A stretch of DNA of 64,000 bases from Desulfatiglandales bacterium (GCA_963667015.2 CAXXJJ010000001.1:992001-1056000), one strand, 5' to 3'. Shown: positions 50,043 to 60,634, counted from the first letter of the stretch. Program-made: numbers and translations. The notes: generated by a model not told the origin, from the letters alone.

Positions 50043-52286
50043 TTAACCCTCCCTGTTAAATTTCATTCTGTGTATATAGGCGTTCAGAACTTCATAGTCG
50101 CCGGTTTCAAGCTCTTTATACTGGACCCAGTAAGTCAGGACGGATTTGACCATGCTGCACTGGAACACGCCGTCGTCACTGAGAAATTTCTCACCCGTCT
50201 CTCCGGCCAGCCATATGGCCTCCTTAAGGTCTTCTTCGATGATGAGCTTACGATCCAGCTCGTCCTGCAGCTCAGGGCTTATAACAAGCCTGATGTTGTC
50301 CCACGCCTGTTTTACGGGGATAAAATCTTCTCCTGTTAAATCTTTCATGAGTTTTATTTTGACCTCCAGGGCGTTTTTCTTTTGTGACTGCAGAGTCGGC
50401 GAGGTTTTTTGGGGAACGATGTCATAGACCATATCGAGGATATGGGCACATTCCTTGTCTTTCTGCCGGAAGACCTCCCTGCAGTTGGCACAGTATACAA
50501 TATAGGATTTATCGCTGGCCTTTCGGCGGTTCTCGGTGATCTGATCATAGAGGGCGGGATTGGCCAGGCTCATATGCCCGCCGTAGCCGCAGCATCTGTT
50601 CGGTTTTTTTAACTCTTCTGTTGCGACTCCGGACCGTTCGGTCAGATCGCGTACGCTTTCCTGCATGGCCTCATCATCTCGGGCTGTGCACGGGTCGAAT
50701 ACAACCGCTTCCTCAAAGTGCCGCGAAGGAACAATAGAATCGTCCGCCGCCATTAGTGTATAGATATTTTCCTGCTTTATTTCCGGCATCAGCAGCCTGA
50801 AAATGTTCTCACAGTAGGCGCAGGCGAATATAAACGTCGGCCGGCCCATGTCATCCCAGATCTGACGGATGCGTTCAATGTTGGCCGAGAGGAGCTTCCT
50901 GTCTCCAGCCCAGTAGGCCGGAGCGCCGCAGCAGCCGAGTATGATCCCTGTATCGAACTTTTCGCGCAGATATTCAAAGGTCTTCAGAACATGGTCAGGC
51001 TCAGCCGCCCCAAGCTGGCAGCCTGGAAAAAATAAATATTCGCAGGTCTCTTTATCATTAGGTGGCGAGGCAAAAAAGGCTTCTGACGTGTAAAAATCAA
51101 ACTGGCGTATCCAGAAATCGTGAAATGCCGGGACGTTTTTACCGATACGGAACCTGTCCTCCCTGGAAAACTGCATCAGTGCGCCGATGTCCACACCCAC
51201 GGGACAGACGCTTTTACAGTTGCCGCATATGTTGCAGGAGTAGGTCTCCCGCCTCAGTGCATGCGCGGAAAGTGATGATCCGGACTGAGAATCCGTGTAG
51301 ACCTCGACTCCAAGTTTAGGCGGCATTTTCCTGAACCATTCTATCATTTCACAGTTTTCCCGACAGATTCTACAGTCGCAGAGGAAGCATCTGGAGGCTT
51401 CAGCCTTGGCCTCATCCGGAGAGTATCCATCAGGAGATGACATCCCAACGAGCACTTTTTTTCCTTCCCTGTCGTGGGGCAGATAGTGAATACCTGGCGC
51501 TGCAAGTTGATCAGCAGCAGGGCGGGCGGCTTCACCTCTTTGAAAAAATACTTCCATGATCCTGGAAAGCAGGGAGCCATCGGCTATGGATTCCATGAGC
51601 GGAACGCCGCAGACAGCGCCCCCCATAAAGACTCCCGGGCGGGAGGTGGTCATAAGTTCGGAATCACGGCTTTCCAGAAGACCGAATGTGTTTCCGGTTT
51701 CACCTGTGGCGATATATATGGCGTCAAAGCCCTCCAGTTCGTCTAATGAAGCTATTTCTCTGTTGAACCGGAAATTCGCCCTGGTGGCGGAGAACTGCAG
51801 GGCAATGTCCTCATCGAACTCCGTAAAATCGGGATGGGCGCGTAGTGCTCCGCCCCAGCCCGGGCCTTTTTCAAAGACTTCAACATGAAAATTTTTCTGT
51901 GCCATATTAAGCGCGCAGGACAGACCCGCAGGACCAGCTCCTATAATGGCAATACTCTGCTTTTTGGGCGGTATGACAAAATTCTCGGGATTTCGGTTTT
52001 TGGCGTAACGTATACATGCAGACTCAAGGTCGCGCAGTGCCAGGGGTTCGTCTCCAATGGATGTCCGCTGACATTTTTCCCTGCACGGCTGCGGACAGAG
52101 TCTGCTGACAATCACGGGGAAAATGACAGAATTCCTAAAAATTTTGTATGCCCGAATCCACAGCCCCTTTTGGGACCTTTCCATAAAGGAGCGTATGTCG
52201 AGGCCGAATGGGCAGGCGCATGAGCAGGAGGGAGGTTCTCCGCTAAAGCAAACATCAACATATGCCTTTGATTCTTCTAACTTCAT
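50043..52286 (-). CDS. Flavin/Fe-S oxidoreductase with dicluster and CCG domains
   Basis: IIGAGPAG, CFLCDC..C, CNICGNC..CP, FPGCQL, CCG motifs. Confidence 0.85.
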   Translation of the reverse strand: MKLEESKAYVDVCFSGEPPSCSCACPFGLDIRSFMERSQKGLWIRAYKIFRNSVIFPVIVSRLCPQPCREKCQRTSIGDEPLALRDLESACIRYAKNRNPENFVIPPKKQSIAIIGAGPAGLSCALNMAQKNFHVEVFEKGPGWGGALRAHPDFTEFDEDIALQFSATRANFRFNREIASLDELEGFDAIYIATGETGNTFGLLESRDSELMTTSRPGVFMGGAVCGVPLMESIADGSLLSRIMEVFFQRGEAARPAADQLAAPGIHYLPHDREGKKVLVGMSSPDGYSPDEAKAEASRCFLCDCRICRENCEMIEWFRKMPPKLGVEVYTDSQSGSSLSAHALRRETYSCNICGNCKSVCPVGVDIGALMQFSREDRFRIGKNVPAFHDFWIRQFDFYTSEAFFASPPNDKETCEYLFFPGCQLGAAEPDHVLKTFEYLREKFDTGIILGCCGAPAYWAGDRKLLSANIERIRQIWDDMGRPTFIFACAYCENIFRLLMPEIKQENIYTLMAADDSIVPSRHFEEAVVFDPCTARDDEAMQESVRDLTERSGVATEELKKPNRCCGYGGHMSLANPALYDQITENRRKASDKSYIVYCANCREVFRQKDKECAHILDMVYDIVPQKTSPTLQSQKKNALEVKIKLMKDLTGEDFIPVKQAWDNIRLVISPELQDELDRKLIIEEDLKEAIWLAGETGEKFLSDDGVFQCSMVKSVLTYWVQYKELETGDYEVLNAYIHRMKFNREG

Positions 52287-52346
52287 GTGTATCCATCATA
52301 TCAAATTAAAAAAGGAAGGTCCCTTAAGACCCTTCCATTAAAATAC

Positions 52347-52380
52347 AGTTCAGTAATCCCCTGCCGGGGATTACTGAACT
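52347..52380. terminator. Perfect 15-bp hairpin downstream of mop
   Basis: AGTTCAGTAATCCCC-TGCC-GGGGATTACTGAACT. Confidence 0.65.
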
Positions 52381-52438
52381 TTTGGTATAACCATCCTTAA
52401 AGCCTTCAGCCAGAATTTGCGGATGAAGGCCCGTGTGT

Positions 52439-55270
52439 TTACAGCGGATTGGCCTTGATGTTTTCCAGTTCTTCCTCAAAGTCTGTGCCAAGGTAATACC
52501 TGGGCGGTGTGAGATCCTCACCGCGTTCTTTGGCTTCCAGACCTGCCTTGACCTTGTCAGGTGTTGCAGGCAGAGAATAGATACGGACTCCGCAGGCGTT
52601 GTTGATGCCGTTGATGACCGCCATGTGCCCGGAGGACTGATAGCACTCTGAGCAGCCGCCAGAGCCGTATGGTCCGGCCTTACGAGGTGTTTCCTGGAAG
52701 ATCAGGGTGATATCGTCCGGAATCACGTCGATTGTGGGGATACCGCAGCTGGCCATATTGCCATCCCTGTCCTCGGCATTGTAATCTTCGCTAAGGGCAA
52801 AGCCGATGCTGTGGGACAGTCCGCCATATGCCTGACCTTCGACTGACAGCCTGTTGCCTATGACGCCGATGTCTGAAACACATGTATACCGAAGAACTTT
52901 TGACTTGCCTGTTTTGACATCAACCTCTACCAGCGCAACGTTGACACAGTACATATAACCCGGGTTTTTCTCGCCCATTCCGGTGTTGGGGTCAAGGCCC
53001 GGAGGAAGACCGATGTTGAACTGATCGTAGTGACCGATATATTTTGTTGGAATACCTTCGGCAACCATCTCGTCATATGTGCGGTAGGTGCCGTCCTCTT
53101 TACGCATGGCGTCAATGAGTTTGGTAGCGGCGTCAATGGTAGCATTACCTGCCATGTAGTGACAGCGGCTGGCCGCGGCCACGCCGGTGTCCGGGCAGGT
53201 TTTGCTGTCGTTCATGACGAGTTTAATCTGATCGGGTTTGACACCGAGGGGTTCAAGTGCCTTAACAGCATGTGTAAGTGCACCTATATCAGCGCCCTGA
53301 CCTACATCCTCCCAGGTGTTGAAGTGGGTGAATGTTCCATCAGAATTCATTTCAAGGGCAACCTCGGCCTGATCAAAGCAGCCTATGGTGTATATAAAAC
53401 CTCCCAGGCTCATACCTACACCCACGTGTTTTCCTTCTTTTTTGGCCTTTTCAGCCTCGGCCTTGTATTGATCGTAATAGGGTTTTGCCTTATCCAGCAG
53501 TTCCGGATAGATGTAATCGTGATAGGGCATGCTGTTGATGGTCAGGTCACCCGGCCTTGCGGCGTTTTTATAGCGGAACTCAAAGGGGTCCATACCGATC
53601 TTTTCTGCGATCATGTCAATGAGGGCCTCTGTTGTCGTATAGACCTGAGGGGCACCGAAACCGCGGTATGCAGCACAGAAGGCATGGTTTGTAGAACCGC
53701 CGCGGGCAAGGGCCTTGAAATTCGGAATATTGTAGCCATGGAAGCCGACCGAAACAAGGTTGTTGAATATTTTATTGCCCATGGTGCCGTAAGCGCCGTG
53801 GTCAAGGGCGATATCATATTCGGCGGCTGTGATCTTACCATCCTTATCACAGGCGATCCGTGCGTTGCTGTATGTGGCTGAACGCTTACCGGTCATATGG
53901 TTGAATTCTTCATAGGTCAATGTGAGTGTGCAGGGTATGCGGAGGTGCTGAACCGCGGTTGCAACTATGGCAAAGGTGTTAGAGCTTACAGCATAACCGA
54001 AGGAACCGCCAACAGGATTCATGATGATCCTGAGCTCTTCCATTGGAATACCGCAGGCATTGGATATGGCTTCCCTGTCTTCGCCGATACCCTGGGATTT
54101 ACACTGGAGTGTCAGCATGCCGTCCTCTCCTATATACCCCTGAACAACATCGGGCTCGATGGGCAGATGGGGTTCGTGCTGAGAGTGGAAGCTACCTTCT
54201 GCTACAAATTCTGCCTCCTCAAATATCTCGGCCGTGTCTTTGCCTTTAAAAACCGGCTGTTCCATATAAAAATTAGGAAGCCCCTCATGCAGCTGGATGG
54301 CATTGGGCATAACTGCCTCGGGAAATGACATGTATGCGGGCAGGACCTCAAGATTCTGTTTAACCTTCTTGGCGGCCTCGCGGGCGTGTTCCTCCGTGTC
54401 AGCGGCAACAAGCGCCACACAGTCTCCACGCTTATTGATTTTCTTATCGGCAAATACGGGGAAGGGAGCTATCCCGCGTCCCAGGACGCGTGGAATAAGG
54501 GGCGGAGCATCCAGGTTGTTGGAACCCATGACGTCCTTTGCCGTAAAAATCCTTATTACACCTGGCATCTCTTCTGCTTCTGCCGTATCGATACTTATGA
54601 TATTCGCATGGGCGACCTGAGAGATAACAACGGCCAGATGCGCCGTACCTAAAGGCATTTTATGTTTGATGTCGTCGCCGTAATCAGTGAGACCGCATAC
54701 CTTTGACAATGCCGTGGGCCTCGGGCGTTTTGAACCGTAAATCTCCTTCTCCCCTTCAAAGTCATAGATAATATCTTCCATTTTTGCCTCGCCGCGCATA
54801 ACCTTTGCGGCCTGCATTACAGAATCAATTATAGGTTTAAATCCTGTACAGCGGCAGACGTTTCTATGCTTTCTAAACCATTCCCTGGCCTCTTCACGTG
54901 TAGGATTTGGGTTTTCTTCCAGTAGTTTATAAGAGGAGACAATAAACCCGGGGGTACAGAACCCGCATTGAACAGCGCCGAAGGTGATAAAGGCCTGCTG
55001 CAGTGGATGAAGTTTAAGGGGACTTCCGATTCCCTCGATTGTGATAATCTCACTGTTTTCTTCGATGTTTTTCATCTTTTTTGTACAGGAGCGCACTACC
55101 TTTCCGTTTAAGATAACAGAACAGGCCCCGCATACTCCGGTATCACATCCGACCTTGGTTCCTGTAAGCCCTGTCCGGCGAATAACGGATGACAGTGTAT
55201 CCTTTTCAGGATCACATACAACCGCACGCCGGACGCCATTTATTATCAGATTCAGTCTTGTAACGTTCAT
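52439..55270 (-). CDS. mop: Molybdopterin-dependent aldehyde oxidoreductase (xanthine-oxidase family, MOP)
   Basis: GCDTGVCGAC, QCGFCTPG, CRCTG 2Fe-2S motifs; GGSFG, AYRGFG, GQG. Confidence 0.92.
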   Translation of the reverse strand: MNVTRLNLIINGVRRAVVCDPEKDTLSSVIRRTGLTGTKVGCDTGVCGACSVILNGKVVRSCTKKMKNIEENSEIITIEGIGSPLKLHPLQQAFITFGAVQCGFCTPGFIVSSYKLLEENPNPTREEAREWFRKHRNVCRCTGFKPIIDSVMQAAKVMRGEAKMEDIIYDFEGEKEIYGSKRPRPTALSKVCGLTDYGDDIKHKMPLGTAHLAVVISQVAHANIISIDTAEAEEMPGVIRIFTAKDVMGSNNLDAPPLIPRVLGRGIAPFPVFADKKINKRGDCVALVAADTEEHAREAAKKVKQNLEVLPAYMSFPEAVMPNAIQLHEGLPNFYMEQPVFKGKDTAEIFEEAEFVAEGSFHSQHEPHLPIEPDVVQGYIGEDGMLTLQCKSQGIGEDREAISNACGIPMEELRIIMNPVGGSFGYAVSSNTFAIVATAVQHLRIPCTLTLTYEEFNHMTGKRSATYSNARIACDKDGKITAAEYDIALDHGAYGTMGNKIFNNLVSVGFHGYNIPNFKALARGGSTNHAFCAAYRGFGAPQVYTTTEALIDMIAEKIGMDPFEFRYKNAARPGDLTINSMPYHDYIYPELLDKAKPYYDQYKAEAEKAKKEGKHVGVGMSLGGFIYTIGCFDQAEVALEMNSDGTFTHFNTWEDVGQGADIGALTHAVKALEPLGVKPDQIKLVMNDSKTCPDTGVAAASRCHYMAGNATIDAATKLIDAMRKEDGTYRTYDEMVAEGIPTKYIGHYDQFNIGLPPGLDPNTGMGEKNPGYMYCVNVALVEVDVKTGKSKVLRYTCVSDIGVIGNRLSVEGQAYGGLSHSIGFALSEDYNAEDRDGNMASCGIPTIDVIPDDITLIFQETPRKAGPYGSGGCSECYQSSGHMAVINGINNACGVRIYSLPATPDKVKAGLEAKERGEDLTPPRYYLGTDFEEELENIKANPL

Positions 55271-55810
55271 AGCATTATCCTTTGTAATAAAATTATCTGT
55301 TCAACTATAAGGAGATAAGAAAGGCAGGATTACAAATATCTTGTCTTTTAGAAAACATTGCAATCAAGGGTACCCCATAATACCCATAATCCAGTATTAT
55401 CTCCTCCCCTTTTTTAATAATATGGAGAGCAATTATTGAAAAAGCTCACTTCATTGCCGAAGGCAGTGTAAAAGCCTCGGATTGCAGAGTCAAGATTGTT
55501 ATACCAAAAAAGAATTACTTAAGCCAAAATGATTTTTAAAAAAAAAGCTGCAAAAGGGAATTGAAGGAAGGGATCGTCCGATTTTACGTTTACCTTGTCT
55601 GTAAAACCGAATTGTTTCAGTAAAATCCACTCTTATTACTGAATAAAATGAATTTTCTTCTGAGTAATTAATGGGCATAATTTTCTTGACACTCAAAAGC
55701 GACCCCCATATATTCGATTCGATAGAAGGTGATTTTATGAGTATCCAACCGGAATAACAAGGCTTTTATTATCTGTGACATTCTACCGTATTTTCTATGG
55801 AGGTGAGTAA

Positions 55811-57547
55811 ATGAGGGCTATCAAGTTTCCAAAGGACCAGTTGCACAGGATCAAATATACCAAACTTACAAAAGAACAGATAGACCGGAAGCTTGTTCCG
55901 GTTGCCGACGGACCCGAATGTGAGTCAGAGTATTCGGATTCGCTTGTCGGGAAATCAATTAAAATAGTGACCGATAACGGCCCGGTTTTGAATTACAATT
56001 TTAAAAGTAAGGGAAAACTGACTCTCAAGGAAGGCAATGCATCGGCAATTAAAGCCGGTTATGGCGCACTGACATACAAGAATATTGTGCTTTTTTCCCA
56101 CATGGAGCCTGGAACTCAGAAGGGCTTTAATGTCATCATCGATTTAGATACCAATCTTGCTACTGTCTTTGAGGTATGGTTCAGCGGATATAAGGTTCTA
56201 AGAGAGGTGCAGCGCCAGATGTATTACGGGTATGTGGAAGTCCCTGGCAAGGAATCCCCTAAGGCGCGGCATCACCTTACAAACAGGATTGAGGGTAAAG
56301 GCTTTTACTGGAAGCAGGATACCGGTATTGAGACCCTTGAATTTTATCCATCCATAATGTCTTCTTCCTTTGTCGAGTTGACTCGACTGGGAGGGGAGCT
56401 TACCTTTTGCGGGCCTTCAGACTACATAATGATCAGCGACGACCTGTTCATCTTTGACAGGGTTGAGTGCGAAATGTCCGGTATTTTTACCCTGTACGTC
56501 CTTGATGTTCAGGATGTGGAACAGGTAGGTGTGCGCCTTGGATTTAATGAAGAGGATGAGCTCGAATACTATATGTTCCGTGGAGCAGGGGAGATAGTCG
56601 GCCAGATTGCCCATTTTGAATCCCTGGCCGATCGTGGTGAAAAGATCTCCTTTGGAGCGAATATGCCGCCCATGACAGAAAAGGGGCAGAGGATCGTTTA
56701 TCGCCCCCTTTCCATGTATCCGCCCATGACAGAGGAAGAGGTACATGCGGCAGTCCAGAAAAAGACTGCAGTTTTTGTAGAAGACGGTCTGATGGGCGGC
56801 GACCAGAAGATGCAACCGACCGATTATCTCGCAGGCAAAAAGATAACTGTCCGCTGTGACGGTAAAGGCCCTGTCATGAATTACAGGTTTGACGGGATGA
56901 AATTGCTCCACTGGCAGCGCGAGGGCGAGTCACAATGGCATGAGGAAAAATATGAGGCCTTTGAGCCGGCGGATAACCTGATATATTTCTGTCATCCCCT
57001 AAGCAACACAAGGCCTGCGGAGTGCAAAAAGATCGTTGTGGATTTTTCCACTGCCCTGGCCACATGTGTCAGTTCAAAACTCGGCAGTGAGTACATGGCA
57101 AACGAGGTTTCCTATAAAATTGACTTTGGTGTTCTGGAGACAGAAGGCATGATACCCCCAAGGTATTACCGCCATGCATTCACCGATGAACTGGTGGGCG
57201 GAGCACTTACCTGGAATTACAGTGATGCCCTTTCTTCCATGCATGTATACAGCACACCCCATTCCTATTCCTGGACAATATTTATGGAGAACGGAGCCTT
57301 TGGCATGCAGTGGAGTTCTCATGCGGACTATGTGAAGCTGAGAGATGATATTTATCTGTTTACATGGGTTGAAGAGGCCTGCAACGGAACCCAGGGGACA
57401 ATTATAATAAACAACAGGACAATGCACGATTGCGGATTTGCATTCCACGTGGATAAGGATGGATTAAACCTGAGCACCATAGGCGCCTATTCACGCAATG
57501 CGGGTTCATATGATATTAAAAAGTATTTTCCTCTGAAATTGAGGTGA
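55811..57547 (+). CDS. Tandem MoaF-like domain protein
   Basis: Two internally homologous halves (LVGKSIKI..GPVLNYNF / LAGKKITV..GPVMNYRF); DDIYLFTWVE; divergent from mop. Confidence 0.65.
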   Translation: MRAIKFPKDQLHRIKYTKLTKEQIDRKLVPVADGPECESEYSDSLVGKSIKIVTDNGPVLNYNFKSKGKLTLKEGNASAIKAGYGALTYKNIVLFSHMEPGTQKGFNVIIDLDTNLATVFEVWFSGYKVLREVQRQMYYGYVEVPGKESPKARHHLTNRIEGKGFYWKQDTGIETLEFYPSIMSSSFVELTRLGGELTFCGPSDYIMISDDLFIFDRVECEMSGIFTLYVLDVQDVEQVGVRLGFNEEDELEYYMFRGAGEIVGQIAHFESLADRGEKISFGANMPPMTEKGQRIVYRPLSMYPPMTEEEVHAAVQKKTAVFVEDGLMGGDQKMQPTDYLAGKKITVRCDGKGPVMNYRFDGMKLLHWQREGESQWHEEKYEAFEPADNLIYFCHPLSNTRPAECKKIVVDFSTALATCVSSKLGSEYMANEVSYKIDFGVLETEGMIPPRYYRHAFTDELVGGALTWNYSDALSSMHVYSTPHSYSWTIFMENGAFGMQWSSHADYVKLRDDIYLFTWVEEACNGTQGTIIINNRTMHDCGFAFHVDKDGLNLSTIGAYSRNAGSYDIKKYFPLKLR

Positions 57548-57712
57548 TATTCTGTTACATGCTGGATTACCCTAAAAACAGGTTTAGGAGAATTAAGAAT
57601 CTGTAAACAGTTTGAACCCGGTGTAATCAGTATCACGCTCTTTTATTATCAAATGGGACGATTTTTAGAGAACCAGATGGTATTTTTATAGAAATTAATA
57701 GGAGTCTATATA

Positions 57713-57883
57713 ATGCAAAATGTTTTTCAAATCTTGCATTTTTTAAAAGAGAGTAAGATAGTTGAATCCCCTGAGTGGCATCGTGATTTCCTCCGGAATA
57801 CCGAACGACGGCTGGAATTGGGGGAGGAAAAGGCAGTAGACTGGAATGCCGCAAAAAATGAACTCCGGAAACGATTCAAATGA
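57713..57883 (+). pseudogene. Addiction-module antitoxin copy with in-frame 16-codon deletion
   Basis: Homologous to 60165-60383 but lacks the ..MEAIWEDL.. segment. Confidence 0.75.
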
Positions 57884-58033
57884 AAATCAGGATACCGTCC
57901 TCTACAATTGAAGTTTTGTATGCTGGAAGTTATTTCCGTCATAAGGTATTTAAGGAAAAACAAACACAAAGGGATTGCTTGATATGTTTGGAGCCACTGT
58001 GCGGAATCGAACCGCAGACATCCTCATTACGAG
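57803..58033. repeat. 231-bp direct repeat (partner 60303-60533) including the 3' 45 nt of tRNA-Thr (att-like)
   Basis: Two mismatches, offset 2500 bp; identity stops at the anticodon loop. Confidence 0.92.
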
Positions 58034-58151
58034 AATGTCAAAGTATGATTTTTATATATAACACGATATAAAAATAACCAATAATATCCAATAAATCCGG
58101 GCAAGATAATATATCTTCTTGTCTGGATTTTTTTGTCTTTATTCTTTGTTA

Positions 58152-58171
58152 TGGAGACATTTTGGAGACAT
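58152..58171. promoter_or_regulatory. Tandem TGGAGACAT repeat, candidate integrase arm-type sites
   Basis: TGGAGACAT-TT-TGGAGACAT about 120 bp inside the att-like end. Confidence 0.5.
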
Positions 58172-58429
58172 CAAAAGGTGAATATTTATTAGGGTATGGG
58201 AAAAATAGTAGAATTTTTTATGATTAGGGTTAACTACTACCCCTAAAAGGGTTAATTTATTTCCATATATTTAATTAATATATCTTTCAATTTTATTCAC
58301 TGCTACCATAGTGTAACCTTAAATGGGATCGATTTGCACTACTCCCCTCACGTGCCGTTCGTTCATTTCTTTTTTTTTCTGTATTATCTTGAGTGGAGGA
58401 TGAATAAAAATTAATATAATTCATCATAT

Positions 58430-58782
58430 GGGTAAACACATCTTTGGTCATTCCTGTAACTGCACCCTTTTTCATCTCTTCTCTTTCATAACCAAGGGGA
58501 ACTTCTACCTTAAGTCCTAATATTTCATTTAAGATAGCAATTGCAACAACTATCCGATCATGCCTTCGGTCATGCCTATATAATAGACCTTACCAGCTTC
58601 TTCTTTTAAATGACCGAGTTTATCTTCTACTTTAAGTCCTAAAACCTCATTGAAATTGGCATTCGAATCTGCATTAACAGCCAGAATAGATTTCTTATTT
58701 ATTTGAACAATGTATTTAATATTTAAACCATTAGCCGTTTTCCCGTTCCGCCTTTCCCTGCCAGAGCTATCCTAAAAGGCAT
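58430..58782 (-). pseudogene. cooC: CooC/AcsF-like nickel-insertion ATPase remnant
   Basis: SD + MPFRIALAGKGGTGK, frameshift, then ILAVNADSNANFNEVLGL..; segment partly duplicated (LNEILGLKVE..REEMKKG..GMTKDVF). Confidence 0.75.
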
Positions 58783-59634
58783 AATTTTAGACTCCTTGCC
58801 TATTTTTGCCTTTTATTTAATGTAAAAAATTCATTTATTTTCATAAAAGCAATTAATACTAAAATATAATAAATTCAAGATGTTATGCCATTTAAAACAT
58901 TATATAAAAATACCAGTTTTTAGTTGATAATATACATAAAAATCTAGCATAATATAAGAATACGAAACAAAAGAATTTTATCATGATGTTTATATGCCGA
59001 GCATCTTATATTGTATTCTAAATAAGGGATTATGAAAAACATAGTTTTAGAATACTAATGGTAACAGAATAAATAATTATGCAAAAAAAATCAGTGTATA
59101 GGATATATCAATTTAAAGGATTTCATTATTGATATCAGACACTTATCAATAAATAAAATCTTTGCTGACTTTGAAAATAAATATATTAAACTGGATATAT
59201 TATTATTCCATAATATAATCTATGGTAATAATAAGAGCGATGCTCCGATGGATTATTTCGATTTGGAGAAAATTAGCATCAGAGTCACCGTAATGAAGTT
59301 AAGATTAATATTTTAATCCGAATGTGATTTAGAGCAAATACAAATTTTCCGGTAGTAAAAATTGATTAAGTGAAAACAATATGAAAGAATGAAAAGCAAG
59401 ATAAGAAATTAAGAAAGAAGGCTTTTGATGATAATCACGGCCGTGGCAAGCTTAACATCATCAAAAGCCTAGGGCGATAGCAGTGCTATCTTTTTAGTAT
59501 TTTAACTCACCAGAGTTAGAAGTCAATACTATTCCTTAGCCTGCATATCACAACCAAAAATCGTTAAATATTTATCGACTTTTCTGAATTCGTCAGGAAA
59601 AGCAATTTATTAACTTTTTTAAGGAGGATTTTTT

Positions 59635-60000
59635 ATGCAGGAGAATAATTTAAATGGGCAAGAAAACATTACAACAGAAATTGATCTTATAATTCGGTCT
59701 GCACAGGAGTTAAAGGAAATTAAAGTCAAGCAGGAAGAACAGGAAAAAAGACTGTCATTATTGGAAGCGAAAACAGAACAAAACTCTGGAGACACCGGGT
59801 ACTTCACAATAAAAGCCTGGTGCAAATTAAACAATATTAGACTTCCTTTGACAAATTTGAGAAAAAAAGGATATGAAGCTTCAAAAATTTCAAGAGAAAA
59901 GGAGATTCATATCGGAAAGACAACAGATGAAACCTTCGGTACAGTAAACTGTTACCGGGAAGATATTTTAGATGAAATCTTTGGAACGGTACAGGTATGA
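59635..60000 (+). CDS. Phage antirepressor C-terminal-like protein
   Basis: Coiled coil then YFTIKAWC..G..ASKISRE..IGK..DETFGTVNCY..DIL; strong SD. Confidence 0.55.
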   Translation: MQENNLNGQENITTEIDLIIRSAQELKEIKVKQEEQEKRLSLLEAKTEQNSGDTGYFTIKAWCKLNNIRLPLTNLRKKGYEASKISREKEIHIGKTTDETFGTVNCYREDILDEIFGTVQV

Positions 60001-60158
60001 GAAAAGAAGTGTAGAGTCGCACACAGGTTTAAATGTAAAAGTAATGTTTACATGACATGACACTGGCTCACTGTTTTTAAATTTTATATCATTTAATCGA
60101 TTTTGACTTTTGTAGAGGCAGATGAATTTTTTATACAAAATTAATTGGAGACTATATC

Positions 60159-60383
60159 ATGATCATGCAAAATACTTTTGAAATTTCGCATCTTTCAAAA
60201 GAGAATAAGCTGAAAGTTATGGAGGCTATCTGGGAAGATTTATCAAAAGATGATATGGAGGTTGAATCCCCCGGGTGGCGTCATGATGCTCTTCGGGACA
60301 CAGAACGACGGCTGGAATTGGGGGAGGAAAAGGCAGTAGACTGGAATGCCGCAAAAAAAGAACTCCGGAAACGATTCAAATGA
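60159..60383 (+). CDS. Addiction-module antitoxin component
   Basis: LSKENKLKVMEAIWEDL..SPGW..L..R..DW..AK; ATGA overlap with toxin stub. Confidence 0.85.
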   Translation: MIMQNTFEISHLSKENKLKVMEAIWEDLSKDDMEVESPGWRHDALRDTERRLELGEEKAVDWNAAKKELRKRFK

Positions 60384-60450
60384 AAATCAGGATACAGTCC
60401 TCTACAATTGAAGTTTTGTATGCTGGAAGTTATTTCCGTCATAAGGTATT
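60380..60450 (+). pseudogene. RelE/ParE toxin N-terminal stub
   Basis: MKIRIQSSTIEVLYAGSYFRHK resembles a ParE start; homology lost before the tRNA; same stub at 57880. Confidence 0.55.
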
Positions 60451-60488
60451 TAAGGAAAAACAAACACAAAGGGATTGCTTGATATGTT

Positions 60489-60564
60489 TGGAGCCACTGT
60501 GCGGAATCGAACCGCAGACATCCTCATTACGAGTGAGGTGCTCTACCAACTGAGCTACAGTGGC
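60489..60564 (-). tRNA. tRNA-Thr(CGT)
   Basis: GCCACTG/CAGTGGC acceptor stem, CTCGTAA anticodon loop, GGTTCGA T-loop, CCA. Confidence 0.95.
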
Positions 60565-60634
60565 CAGGGTAAAGGAAAGTGACTATAATATCTTTTTTTT
60601 TACCTGTCTATAATTTTTTGCCCGAATAATATTC

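Noticed and set aside
45775..52286. Selenoprotein read-through in the radical SAM/MOP accessory cluster
   Set aside because: ORFs are uninterrupted with Cys at the candidate positions; no in-frame TGA followed by continued homology was noticed.
40165..57448. Many antisense/overlapping ORFs in the track (e.g. 53030-53881, 41104-41628)
   Set aside because: Shadow frames of well-supported genes; no motifs or RBS.
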